Positions 27,512 to 37,367 of a DNA stretch of 49,022 bases are shown here, piece by piece. How positions within the stretch are numbered: position 1 is the stretch's first letter; the number at the start of each line of letters is the position of its first letter. Source of the stretch: a virus (lineage: Duplodnaviria; Caudoviricetes); IMG/VR virus record IMGVR_UViG_3300037195_000203, positions 1 through 49,022 of that record. One strand, written 5' to 3'. A program made the position numbers and the translations under genes. Below the pieces are notes generated by a model. That model searched no databases. It was not told the DNA's origin and saw only the letters and a program-made list of their open reading frames with translations.

Positions 27512-28761
27512 TTGAGATAGCCTTATTACGTATTATAAAATATAAGGCTCAATTCGATAAGATATGTGGCTACATACCAGATGCCAGTATGGATAAGACA
27601 ACAGTCTCCATAGCTAAAGATATTGGTAAATACTTTGAATTATGTCCTACAGAAGAGGTTATTAACTTCGAAGTATTTAATAAGATGTTCTTTGAGAATT
27701 GGCATAAGAAACTGAAGGATTCAGACCAAGATTACTTCAAGAAAGTAATTAAACGCATGGAAGAAGATGAGTCAGAAGAAATCACAGCAATGATGATTAA
27801 TAGCCTTATCGAATTAGAAGCCGCCACAAACGTAGCTAACCTTGTTAGTCAGTATGAATCAGGAGAGGAGATTGAATTCCTCAGAGAGTTACATGCATTA
27901 ACAGACGAAGCTAATAAGAAGACAGAGTTTAACACCAGTATGGAGTTTGCAGACGTAGACGACAATACCATAGCTGATGAAGGCGATGACGAAGGATTAA
28001 CATGGCCTTGGGACTGTATGAATGAGACATACAGAAACATACATGGTGGTGATGCACATATCGTAGCAGCAAGGCCAGGGATGGGTAAGACTACATTCTT
28101 GACACAACTTAATGCACATATTGCACCACAGTTAGAAGAACATAAGTTTATCGTATGGTTCAATAACGAATCAAAACGACAAAGGATCATGGCGCACCAA
28201 ATCAAGAGTGCGTTAGGTAAGACAAGTAGTGAGCTGAAAGAATTAAAAGATGCAGGTACGATGCGCGAAGAGTACATCAAAGCCGTAGGACATCCATCAA
28301 AGATCCGTGTATTTGACGTACATGGTATGGCACATTACCAAATAGACGAGATGTTAGAAAAGCTTGGGCATGAGAATATAGGACTGATCGTATTTGATAT
28401 GCTAGATAATTTACGTTATCCAGTAAAAGAAGGTACGAGAGAAGACCAACGACTTGAATCATTGTACAAGTGGGCTAGAGAGCTTGGAGTTAAACTTGAC
28501 TGTCCCACCTTTCAAACAAGCCAAGTAAGTAACGAGGGAGCAAACCTGTTATTTCCATTGGAAGGTATGTTGAAAGACAGCAAGACTGGCAAGCAAGGTG
28601 CCTGTGATAACATCATAATGATAGGTTGTGAAAGTGATGATCCACTGGCTGCGGATGTAAGAGCTTTTAGTATGCCTAAAACAAAAACAAAGAGAGAAGG
28701 TCAACCTGATCTCCGTGAGGAGAACATGAGACTTAACTCAGATATAGGACGCTACGTATGA
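27508..28761 (+). CDS. DnaB-like replicative helicase
   Basis: Walker A AARPGMGKTT; FNNE; VFDMLD; TSQ; DSKTGKQGACD. Confidence 0.93.
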   Translation: MIEIALLRIIKYKAQFDKICGYIPDASMDKTTVSIAKDIGKYFELCPTEEVINFEVFNKMFFENWHKKLKDSDQDYFKKVIKRMEEDESEEITAMMINSLIELEAATNVANLVSQYESGEEIEFLRELHALTDEANKKTEFNTSMEFADVDDNTIADEGDDEGLTWPWDCMNETYRNIHGGDAHIVAARPGMGKTTFLTQLNAHIAPQLEEHKFIVWFNNESKRQRIMAHQIKSALGKTSSELKELKDAGTMREEYIKAVGHPSKIRVFDVHGMAHYQIDEMLEKLGHENIGLIVFDMLDNLRYPVKEGTREDQRLESLYKWARELGVKLDCPTFQTSQVSNEGANLLFPLEGMLKDSKTGKQGACDNIIMIGCESDDPLAADVRAFSMPKTKTKREGQPDLREENMRLNSDIGRYV

Positions 28762-28964
28762 GTGCTTTAGATGTACAAGAAGGTGGTAATCATTATAAGA
28801 ATATGAAGATACAACCTTTAGAATATACATTAGCTAACGAATTAGGTTTCTGCGAAGGTAACATAATTAAATACGTTAGTAGACACAAATCAAAGAATGG
28901 TATAGAAGATCTAAAGAAAGCTCGTCACTACATTAACCTATTAATAGAATTAGGAAGCAAATGA
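28758..28964 (+). CDS. DUF3310 / T7 gp1.7-like nucleotide kinase family protein
   Basis: GGNHY...IQP...FCEGNIIKYVSR..KNGIEDLKKARHY. Confidence 0.85.
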   Translation: MSALDVQEGGNHYKNMKIQPLEYTLANELGFCEGNIIKYVSRHKSKNGIEDLKKARHYINLLIELGSK

Positions 28965-30607
28965 GTGAATTTAGAACACAGTTAGGTGCAGATATATTTG
29001 CACAGAAGTACGCTAATTATGAAGGTCAAACATGGTCTGAAAAAGCCACAATGTTAGCAGAAATAGCTCGACCATATACGAACTCCTGTGAGTTTATAAA
29101 CATTAGTAACGTTATACGTAAAATGCAATTCTTACCAGCCGGTAGATACATTTACTACGCAGGTAGAGAAGCAAACTTTTATAACAATTGTTTCATATTT
29201 AAAAGTCAAGAAGACACTAGAGAGGCTTGGGCTGATCTAATGTATGAAACAGTATCCGCTACTATGTGTGGTGGTGGAGTAGGTAACGACTACTCAATAT
29301 TTAGACCGAGAGGTGAGCCGTTAAGTAGAACAGGTGGTGAGGCTTCTGGCCCAGTACCTCTAATGATGATGGTTAACGATAACGGTCGCTACGTCATGCA
29401 AGGTGGTTCAAGAAGAACTGCTAACTATGCAAGCCTTAACTGGCAGCATGGTGACGTACATGAGTTCTTACATGCAAAGGATTGGGAGCATCAGTTTATT
29501 AAAGGTGCATTCAATGAAGATGGAGAACCTATGACAGTTAAAATGGCTAAGGAAGCAGACTTTAATTATAAAGCTCCTTTAGATATGACTAACATTAGTG
29601 TGAACTACGACGATCATTGGCGAGAGCTTATGTACAGAAGTGAACACCCTATATACGTAGACAATGTTAGACAAGCTTGCTTACATGGTGAGCCGGGATT
29701 TAGTTTCAACTTCGGTAAACATTCTAACGAGACAGGACGTAATGCATGTACAGAAGTTACCAGTGAAGACAATGGTGACGTATGTAACATAGGCTCTTGT
29801 AATATGGCTAACATAGACACCATAGAAGAGTTTGAGAAAGTTGTACGCTTAGGGACAATATTCCTCTGTTGTGGTCTACTAGAAGCAGACTTACCATCAG
29901 ACTTAATCAAAGAGGTTAGAGCAAAGAATAACCGTATAGGTTTAGGTTTAATGGGTGTACATGAATGGTTACTTAAACGTGGCTACAGGTACGAGTTTGT
30001 AAATGAACTACGAGAGTGGATGGAAGTATATGAAAGAGTCTCAACAGAAACAGCAACCAAGTTCTGTAATTACATGGGAATCCCTGTCCCAGTTGCAATT
30101 CGATCAATCGCTCCAACAGGCAGCATCGGACTACTTGCAGGAACTACTACGGGTATCGAACCTATATATGCAACAGCATATAAGCGAAGGTTCTTGTCAG
30201 GAGGAAGTACTTGGAACTATCAATACTGCCTTGACGCAACAGCTAAATGCATTGTCGATTCAGGGGTTGATCCAACAAGTATCGAAACAGCAAGCCAGCT
30301 TGCACTGGAACCTAGGAGAAGGATAGAATTTCAAGCCAACATGCAAGACTACGTGGATATGGCTATAAGCTCTACACTTAATCTGCCTGCATGGGGAACT
30401 GAAGGAAACAACGAAAGTACAGTACAAGAACTAGCTGATATATTATCAGAGTTCGCACCTAGACTAAGAGGCATTACATTCTACCCAGATGGTAGTAGAG
30501 GTGGTCAGCCGATCACAGAGATACCTTGGGGAGAAGCTAAATGGTTAGAAGGTGAAACATATATAGAAGGGAATGATCCCTGTAACGGAGGCTCTTGCGG
30601 CTCATGA
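28961..30607 (+). CDS. nrdJ: Ribonucleotide reductase, class II (B12-dependent), compact
   Basis: PAGR, NNCF, GEPG, NACTE, CNIGS, IGLGLMG, APTGS, GITFYPDGSR, C-terminal Cys pair; no class I YY motif and no beta-subunit gene in the genome. Confidence 0.85.
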   Translation: MSEFRTQLGADIFAQKYANYEGQTWSEKATMLAEIARPYTNSCEFINISNVIRKMQFLPAGRYIYYAGREANFYNNCFIFKSQEDTREAWADLMYETVSATMCGGGVGNDYSIFRPRGEPLSRTGGEASGPVPLMMMVNDNGRYVMQGGSRRTANYASLNWQHGDVHEFLHAKDWEHQFIKGAFNEDGEPMTVKMAKEADFNYKAPLDMTNISVNYDDHWRELMYRSEHPIYVDNVRQACLHGEPGFSFNFGKHSNETGRNACTEVTSEDNGDVCNIGSCNMANIDTIEEFEKVVRLGTIFLCCGLLEADLPSDLIKEVRAKNNRIGLGLMGVHEWLLKRGYRYEFVNELREWMEVYERVSTETATKFCNYMGIPVPVAIRSIAPTGSIGLLAGTTTGIEPIYATAYKRRFLSGGSTWNYQYCLDATAKCIVDSGVDPTSIETASQLALEPRRRIEFQANMQDYVDMAISSTLNLPAWGTEGNNESTVQELADILSEFAPRLRGITFYPDGSRGGQPITEIPWGEAKWLEGETYIEGNDPCNGGSCGS

Positions 30608-31023
30608 TGCAATTTATAAAACTTAGAGAAGATGCTATCTTACCACATCGTGCTACACCACATGCAGCAGGTTGTGACATAGCAGCAGTAGAAGATACAT
30701 GCATACCGGCTAACAGTAGAAAACTTGTTAGTACAGGTATAGCTTGGTTTAATGATGGATCATTAGACAACAGAAACATATGGGCTAAGTTAGAACCACG
30801 TTCTAGTCTAGCTTGTAAAGGGATTGATGTAGGCGCAGGTGTTATTGATAATGACTACAAGAAAGAAATTAAAGTACTTATCATTAACAACAGTGCAGAA
30901 GATTATCATTTTATACGAGGTGATCGTATAGCACAAATGGTTATCCAGAGATACCAAACAGCAGTAGGAGAAACAAACTCCGCTGAAGATAGAGTGGGTG
31001 GGTTTGGTAGTACTGGGAAGTAG
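30604..31023 (+). CDS. dut: dUTPase (trimeric)
   Basis: AAGCDI, PRSSLA, GVIDNDY, GDRIAQ, RVGGFGSTG. Confidence 0.95.
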   Translation: MMQFIKLREDAILPHRATPHAAGCDIAAVEDTCIPANSRKLVSTGIAWFNDGSLDNRNIWAKLEPRSSLACKGIDVGAGVIDNDYKKEIKVLIINNSAEDYHFIRGDRIAQMVIQRYQTAVGETNSAEDRVGGFGSTGK

Positions 31024-31243
31024 GCTGCGGCCTACAAAGTCCTGACACCCATCTTGTCAGGCAATAATGTACCCGTTAGGGATTTAGTACTGGTTACTAA
31101 GTCTGTTAATCGCAGTTTGTAAGTCGAACGACAACTAACGGGTACTTTCAAATAGTATATTAAGAGGTGGGTACGTCAAACCAGTAGGTAGTAATGCAGG
31201 CTATTGAAGATTTGCTGCAACGTACTCAGCTCTTAATATATTA
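31020..31243 (+). ncRNA. Candidate multi-domain structured RNA
   Basis: Four consecutive stem domains, including an 11-bp perfect stem and a 14+9-bp stem, with loop-loop complementarity. Confidence 0.5.
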
Positions 31244-31258
31244 CTAAAGGAGTAAACA

Positions 31259-31459
31259 ATGACAGCAGAAGAATTAAGGGAACAGATAGTACCTATGTTT
31301 GCTATAAAGAAAGATGTAAACGTATCTATGAAATATGCTTTAGATATAGGTAAAGCAGAAGGTATGCCAGAAGCATACATGATGATAGCCGTATTAGTTT
31401 ACGCTAATACACTACTAGAACAATTAGCTAAACAGGTAGAAGACAATGAACGAAAGTAG
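31259..31459 (+). CDS. Hypothetical protein
   Basis: AAGGAG RBS. Confidence 0.7.
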   Translation: MTAEELREQIVPMFAIKKDVNVSMKYALDIGKAEGMPEAYMMIAVLVYANTLLEQLAKQVEDNERK

Positions 31460-31835
31460 ACATTTTAAACAAGCAACAGATCCTATGTTAGCTTGCCCTT
31501 GTTGTGGTAAAGGTGGCCCAAGTGTAGCAGTACTTATGATACTAGAATATATCAAAGACTACTTCAATGGAGCTACAGTACATGTAACAAGTTGCGGTAG
31601 ATGTATACCTTATAATAGATCTATAGGTAGTACAGATGGATCACAGCATGTAGTTAAAGAAGAAAATAACTGGACAGCAGAGGCAGTAGATATTGTAGTA
31701 GACGGGCATACACCAGAAGATGTACGTATGGCTTTATACAGACTACCTTATGCACATTTGTTAGGTATTGGTTACTACAGAGATGAATTCACACATATAG
31801 ATGCGCGCGGTTACGCTGCAAGGTGGGATGGGTAA
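31446..31835 (+). CDS. Peptidase M15 family Zn peptidase (probable endolysin)
   Basis: CPCCG, TSCGRC..YN..IG...SQH, AVDI, IGYY..FTHIDAR. Confidence 0.88.
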   Translation: MNESRHFKQATDPMLACPCCGKGGPSVAVLMILEYIKDYFNGATVHVTSCGRCIPYNRSIGSTDGSQHVVKEENNWTAEAVDIVVDGHTPEDVRMALYRLPYAHLLGIGYYRDEFTHIDARGYAARWDG

Positions 31836-31921
31836 TGTGTAAACCACCAACTAAACAAGACCACATACTATTTACAGTATTTATTATGTACTGCGTAATA
31901 TGTGTAGCGTGTATATTATGA
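31835..31921 (+). CDS. Single-TM micro-protein (28 aa), not in the ORF track
   Basis: TAATG coupling; ILFTVFIMYCVICVACIL. Confidence 0.5.
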   Translation: MCKPPTKQDHILFTVFIMYCVICVACIL

Positions 31922-32001
31922 TAGAATTATTAGTAGGTTTTGCTATAGGTTTTGCAGCAAGTATGATAATAGACTTCTTACTATGGAGAAAATATGTCTA
32001 A
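31918..32001 (+). CDS. Single-TM micro-protein (27 aa), not in the ORF track
   Basis: ATGA coupling; MIELLVGFAIGFAASMIIDFLLWRKYV. Confidence 0.5.
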   Translation: MIELLVGFAIGFAASMIIDFLLWRKYV

Positions 32002-34321
32002 TGTAATGAGCTTCGATTTAGAAGTAGAGAACCATATATACAATAAACGACTAGCAGGGCCATTTGATGAACGCAATTATATTGTACAGATCGGGTACTC
32101 TATCAATGGTGGACAGCCACAAGAGAAGTACTATAACGAGTGGCACAGAGAGAACGTCTTACCAGATCTTTCGGACATTGATGTACTCGTTGGTTTTAAC
32201 ACTAAGTTTGACCTATTATGGGTATGGAAAGAACCTGAATTAATTAAGTTCCTCAAGAAAGGTGGAACTATATATTGTGGACAGTTAGCAGAATACCTTA
32301 TGGGTGGTATGCAACAAGAAGTCCAGATGTGTAGTATGAACCAAATAGCAGAAAGCTATGGTGGCGGTTGTAAGATAGATGCAGTAAAGGAGATGTGGGA
32401 AGATGGTTATAAGACATCAGAGATACCACAAAATCTATTAACAGATTACCTAATAGGTGACGGTAAAGTTATCGTAGGTGACGTACATAACACATGGCTT
32501 ATCTATAAAGGCCAGATCAAAAGGATGCTACAAGAACATCCTAAAGAATTTAGAACAATGATGAAGTTTCGTATGGATGGTTTATTAGCCACCACCGAGA
32601 TGGAATACAACGGAATGTACGTTGATGCTGTAAAAGGTGCAGAGATGCGCGAAGGTTTAGTAACCGAGTTAGCAGCAGCACAAAAAGAATTAGAACAATT
32701 TATACCAGAGTTACCTCCTGAATTAGTATTTAACTGGAACAGCCCATTACAAAAATCATGTTTGATATTTGGTGGCACAGCTAAGTATGAGAAATGGGTA
32801 CAACATACAGATGGTAATGGAAACGGTTTATATGCTCAGAAGAAAGAAGCATGGCCTCTATTCACCTGTAACGGCTTTACAGAGCCAGTAGACCCTCACT
32901 CTGGTGAAGTAATACTAGCAGGTAAGTTATACGTTATGCCTATACCAGAGGGAACTGAAGGAGCTTTTAAGCATAAGGATCGCTGGTATTTAGCTCAGAA
33001 CAAATTTAAAGGTGGTAAAAACGCTGGTCATGGTAAATTTAAGCAGGTATCAGTACCAGACTATGACAAACCAAAAGGTGCTAAGAAAGATCATTACTTC
33101 ACCTTTGATGGTTACGTTCAACCAAAGCCACAGTGGAAAGGAGATTCCACGGATGCATATGATGAACCCTTGTACTCGACAGCAGCAGACGTAATAGACG
33201 ATCTTAAACATTTAGGTCTACCATTTACTGACGCTTTGTCTAAGCAAACAAGTATAGCTAAAGACCTTGGCACATATTATTGGTCTGTAGATAAGCAAGG
33301 TAAGAAGAAGGGAATGCTGGTCTTAGTAGAAACTGAGACAGGACTCATACATCATAAACTTAATCACACGTCTACGGTAACATCTCGTTTGTCATCTAGC
33401 GACCCTAACTTACAGACACTACCTCGGGGTAATACATCGGACGTTAAGAAGATGTTCGTTACCAGATTCGTGGGCGGTATGTTAGCAGAGATAGATTACT
33501 CTCAATTAGAAATAGTTGTACAGGGTGTATTAACTAACGACCCACAATTACGTCAAGATCTTAAAGATGGTATAGATTTCCATATCATGAGACTATGTGA
33601 AAAATTACCAGATTATACATATAGCCAACTATGGGATATGCATCATGTACAAGGTGTAGGTTGGGTAGCTGTAGAACGTACAGGATCTAAGAACTTTAGT
33701 TTCTTACGTGCCTATGGTGGTGGTGTAGCAGCAATCATGTTACAAACAGGATTATCTAAACAAGATGTAGAGATACTCATAAAAGCAGAAGAAACACGTT
33801 TCCCCGGTATAGTTAAATTTGATAAACGTCTTGAATCACATATAGATGGTACTGCTAAGGCATGCGGTAAACTATTCATAGATGGTGTAATGTTTAATCA
33901 AAAGGCGGCACATTGGGACAGTCCTACAGGGACTCGCTATATGTGGAAGCAAGAGATAGCACCTAAATTCTTACAAGATAAAGGTAAGTATACAAGCTTC
34001 TCACCAACTACACGTAAAAACTATCCAGTTCAAGGGTTTGGTGGAGAGATAGTACAAACAATGTTAGGTAAAGTATTCAGGTACTTTGTAGCTAATGATA
34101 TGTTCAATGGAGATGTCCTATTAATTAACACTGTACACGATTGTGTATTGTTAGATGGTAGAGATGGTATCCTACAGACAGTAGCTAAAGAGGTACAAAC
34201 AATACTAGAAGATGTACCTAACACATTCAATAACGCATATGAAAAATTAAATATAGATGTCCCGTTCCCATGTGAAACAGAAATAGGTAAAGACCTATTC
34301 CACATGACGACATTACATTAG
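31994..34321 (+). CDS. DNA polymerase family A with 3'-5' exonuclease
   Basis: FDLE, GFNTKFDL, TSRLSSSDPNLQ, IDYSQLE, RTGSKNFSFLRAYG, NYPVQG, VHD. Confidence 0.96.
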   Translation: MSNVMSFDLEVENHIYNKRLAGPFDERNYIVQIGYSINGGQPQEKYYNEWHRENVLPDLSDIDVLVGFNTKFDLLWVWKEPELIKFLKKGGTIYCGQLAEYLMGGMQQEVQMCSMNQIAESYGGGCKIDAVKEMWEDGYKTSEIPQNLLTDYLIGDGKVIVGDVHNTWLIYKGQIKRMLQEHPKEFRTMMKFRMDGLLATTEMEYNGMYVDAVKGAEMREGLVTELAAAQKELEQFIPELPPELVFNWNSPLQKSCLIFGGTAKYEKWVQHTDGNGNGLYAQKKEAWPLFTCNGFTEPVDPHSGEVILAGKLYVMPIPEGTEGAFKHKDRWYLAQNKFKGGKNAGHGKFKQVSVPDYDKPKGAKKDHYFTFDGYVQPKPQWKGDSTDAYDEPLYSTAADVIDDLKHLGLPFTDALSKQTSIAKDLGTYYWSVDKQGKKKGMLVLVETETGLIHHKLNHTSTVTSRLSSSDPNLQTLPRGNTSDVKKMFVTRFVGGMLAEIDYSQLEIVVQGVLTNDPQLRQDLKDGIDFHIMRLCEKLPDYTYSQLWDMHHVQGVGWVAVERTGSKNFSFLRAYGGGVAAIMLQTGLSKQDVEILIKAEETRFPGIVKFDKRLESHIDGTAKACGKLFIDGVMFNQKAAHWDSPTGTRYMWKQEIAPKFLQDKGKYTSFSPTTRKNYPVQGFGGEIVQTMLGKVFRYFVANDMFNGDVLLINTVHDCVLLDGRDGILQTVAKEVQTILEDVPNTFNNAYEKLNIDVPFPCETEIGKDLFHMTTLH

Positions 34322-34329
34322 GAGAGAGC

Positions 34330-35166
34330 ATGACCGAAGAAGTAACACAACTAGACTTTGCAGCAATGGGTACAGCAGCAGCAGAGACAGAAGATTTAAC
34401 AAAAGACGCACCCGCATTTGAACGTAAGACATTAGAGAAAGGCCCATGCCTACTACGTCTACGTACCTACATTGAGACAGGTAGACATGCTAGTAGGAAT
34501 CCAGCACACAAACCAGCTCTAGGTGTTAGTCTAGTATTTGAAGTAAGTTCAAAGAAACATCTTATAGACATTGATGGTAATTTAGTGCCTTCCTTATTGT
34601 ACATTGACCTAAATAAAGGTAGTACAGGAACTAGCCGTTACCGTAAGTTATTCAACTCTATGAATAAAGCGTTAGGTGGTAAACATAAGAACTTCCTTAC
34701 TATGATTAATCAGCCACTTAAAGGTGAGATTACTCATAACATTACTGACGAGGGTACAGAGAAAGCTAAGACTTGGGCTAACATAGATGACAAAGGTGTA
34801 TGGTCATTCGTACCAGCAGAGCGCATTATCTTAGATGAAGATGGTGAAGAGGAGTCACGTACTCCATTGAAAGTACGTGAACTACACGGTACACCTACAG
34901 CATTCCTATGGGAGAACGCAGGTCTAACAGATGATCAAGTAATAGCTATGTGGAATTGTATCCACATCGAAGGTACTCGTACTTCTAAAGACAAAGATGG
35001 TACAGAGAAAGTAGTATCAAAGAACACCTATCAAGAGAAGATCATGGCTAACTTGGAGTGGGAAGGTTCACGTACTCAAGCTCTAACACAAGAGAACATC
35101 CTAGATGAATCTTTGTTAGAAGAAGAGATCGAAGTATCAGATGAAGAAGACGTACCAACACTATAG
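34330..35166 (+). CDS. Replication-module protein with acidic tail (probable SSB)
   Basis: Position between polymerase and exonuclease as in phiKMV-like phages; tail LLEEEIEVSDEEDVPTL. Confidence 0.6.
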   Translation: MTEEVTQLDFAAMGTAAAETEDLTKDAPAFERKTLEKGPCLLRLRTYIETGRHASRNPAHKPALGVSLVFEVSSKKHLIDIDGNLVPSLLYIDLNKGSTGTSRYRKLFNSMNKALGGKHKNFLTMINQPLKGEITHNITDEGTEKAKTWANIDDKGVWSFVPAERIILDEDGEEESRTPLKVRELHGTPTAFLWENAGLTDDQVIAMWNCIHIEGTRTSKDKDGTEKVVSKNTYQEKIMANLEWEGSRTQALTQENILDESLLEEEIEVSDEEDVPTL

Positions 35167-35174
35167 AGGCTAGT

Positions 35175-36176
35175 ATGGACTTTGCAAAAATAGGTGCAAA
35201 CGTCAACAGCTCAGAGAGTTCTACTTTTATTAAAGGTAGGACTCTTCAATTAGATGCAGACTTCTTGAGTTATGACTGCGCTAATACAGAAGAATCTATA
35301 GCTGAGAACGTTAAACACATCAGAAATAAAGTTAAAATGCATATGCGTCAAGCAGGTGCAGAATTTTGTAACCTCCATCTAACAATGGGGATGAAAGGTG
35401 GTCGGGAGCAAATGGCTTCAGTAAAACCTTACCAACACAAACGTGGTGCAGATAGAGATCCAGCACGTACAGAAAGAAAGGTAGCTCTACGTAATGAAAT
35501 GGCTAACTTCAACTTCCGTACTTGTAAGCCAGTGGTTAACCTATATCAAGAAGCAGATGATTCATTGACACAATATCAAGTAGCTGATGTAAAGAACTCA
35601 GTACTTATGTCAGGTGATAAAGATCTCTGGATGGTAGAAGGATTACATTGTGATTATAAGACAGGCCGTTTATGGTCTACGCAAGGTTACGGTAAGACAG
35701 AGTATAGAGATACAGTGAAGTCAGATGGTACATTTGCACCTAAGTTGATAGGTGAAGGTACTTCATGGTTCTGGTATCAAGTAGTGATGGGAGATACAGC
35801 AGACACAATCCCGGGCTTACCAAAGTTGTCAGGTAAATTAGCAGAGAAGTATGTACCAAACAAGAAACCCAACCCTAAACGTAAGGCTATTGCTTGTGGC
35901 GAAGCTAAAGCGCATGCTATGTTAAAAGACGTTAAGGATGATAGACAGGCTTATCAGAGAGTATTTGATGCTTATTGTCAGTGGTATGGTGATACAGCTA
36001 AAGCTATGTTCTTTGAACAAGCATTCCTACTTTGGATGCGTAAGACAGAAGATCCTTGTGATGTATTAAAGTTTCTTAAACCACTAGGTTTTAACTACAC
36101 TCTAACTACTGATCAGTCACAAAGATTACTTAGGTATGCAGAGTTTAAAGCTATACAAGAGGAGCGTAACGAATGA
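35175..36176 (+). CDS. 5'-3' exonuclease (T7 gp6-like)
   Basis: LDADF, EADD, SGDKDL, MGDTADTIPGL. Confidence 0.92.
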   Translation: MDFAKIGANVNSSESSTFIKGRTLQLDADFLSYDCANTEESIAENVKHIRNKVKMHMRQAGAEFCNLHLTMGMKGGREQMASVKPYQHKRGADRDPARTERKVALRNEMANFNFRTCKPVVNLYQEADDSLTQYQVADVKNSVLMSGDKDLWMVEGLHCDYKTGRLWSTQGYGKTEYRDTVKSDGTFAPKLIGEGTSWFWYQVVMGDTADTIPGLPKLSGKLAEKYVPNKKPNPKRKAIACGEAKAHAMLKDVKDDRQAYQRVFDAYCQWYGDTAKAMFFEQAFLLWMRKTEDPCDVLKFLKPLGFNYTLTTDQSQRLLRYAEFKAIQEERNE

Positions 36177-36421
36177 TATTTGCAGTACCACAAGGTGGAG
36201 AAGGTTCAGAAAATGACAAGTCAACTACATACCATATAATTGATACAGAATCTACTTGTCCACGTACAAACAAACGTAAGTTAAAGATGTACTTAACAGA
36301 GATGGGTGTACCCACACGAGAGCATAAGACTGTCCTCAAGAAGCTAGGCTTCTGGGGTGCAGCTCTCGCACCCGCTACTCAGGAAGAGATTCTAAGAGCA
36401 GCACACAGGGTACTACAATGA
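36173..36421 (+). CDS. Hypothetical protein
   Basis: ATGA overlaps on both sides; GAGGAG RBS. Confidence 0.65.
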   Translation: MIFAVPQGGEGSENDKSTTYHIIDTESTCPRTNKRKLKMYLTEMGVPTREHKTVLKKLGFWGAALAPATQEEILRAAHRVLQ

Positions 36422-37299
36422 AAATACAGAAGGCTTTACACCTCTACAAAGAGTTAGAGAAGAAGACTCCTAAATGCTACAACAAAGAATACGCAGTATT
36501 CGAAAAGTATGATGGTTGGTATGGTTATATAGACATCGTAGATGGTGAGATGACTAATATTAAATCAGCAGCAGATAGAGAGATACCTTCTTTAGTACAG
36601 TTTAGTAAGCAGATAAATGAACTAGCAGACGTAGGTAACGTATCTGGTCGATTAATATTTGAGATACTTCTAGAGAGTGTGCCTGAATTTAGTATTCTGA
36701 ATGGGATCCTGAACAGATCTAAAGGCGATTGTAGCGCACCTGATCCATATATAATGGTTCATGACTTCGTGCCTGTAGGCGAACTGAAGCCCTTAGCTGG
36801 CGCATTTCAAAACAGGTATTTTGAGTTACAAGTCTTTGTACCTAAGTTCAACAACCCAGCCGTACGTAGAGCGCCTGTACTAGATTACATTAGTGATGTA
36901 GATAAAGCACAACAGTTAGCAGAGTATATCTGGGATGCTGGTGGCGAAGGTGTGATACTGAAGGAACTTTTAGCTCATTATCAATGGGGTAAACGTAACT
37001 GTACTTTAATGAAGATTAAAGAAGAGGTTACACAAGATCTCCTTGTAGTAGGTATGTACAAAGGTGCAGGTAAGTATGCTGGTACATTAGGTGGTTTAGT
37101 AGTAGCTAATAAAGCAGGTATTACACATCGTGTAGCGGGTATGTCTGACGCAGAACGAGACAAGTGGTGGAAGACTCCAGAGTTTATCATGGGTAAAGTA
37201 GTAGAAGTTAAAGCTATGAAAGAATTACCTAATGGTTCATTAAGAGAACCACGCTTCAAATGTGTTAGATATAACAAAAACAAAGGGGATATTGATTAG
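36418..37299 (+). CDS. ATP-dependent DNA ligase
   Basis: EKYDG, GEGVILK, MKIK, GSLREPRF. Confidence 0.93.
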   Translation: MKIQKALHLYKELEKKTPKCYNKEYAVFEKYDGWYGYIDIVDGEMTNIKSAADREIPSLVQFSKQINELADVGNVSGRLIFEILLESVPEFSILNGILNRSKGDCSAPDPYIMVHDFVPVGELKPLAGAFQNRYFELQVFVPKFNNPAVRRAPVLDYISDVDKAQQLAEYIWDAGGEGVILKELLAHYQWGKRNCTLMKIKEEVTQDLLVVGMYKGAGKYAGTLGGLVVANKAGITHRVAGMSDAERDKWWKTPEFIMGKVVEVKAMKELPNGSLREPRFKCVRYNKNKGDID

Positions 37300-37367
37300 T
37301 GGAATTAATACTCTTTATATTCATCTTGTTAGTAATAGCACAGGCATTTAAGAAAAATGACGAATAG
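37299..37367 (+). CDS. Possible single-TM micro-protein (22 aa, GTG start)
   Basis: MELILFIFILLVIAQAFKKNDE; fills the ligase-endonuclease gap. Confidence 0.4.
   Translation: MELILFIFILLVIAQAFKKNDE

Noticed and set aside
31069-31145. 77-nt closed stem domain as a tRNA
   Set aside because: The closing stem is 11 bp, there is no canonical TTCRA T-loop or D-arm, and no CCA; a scanner should confirm.
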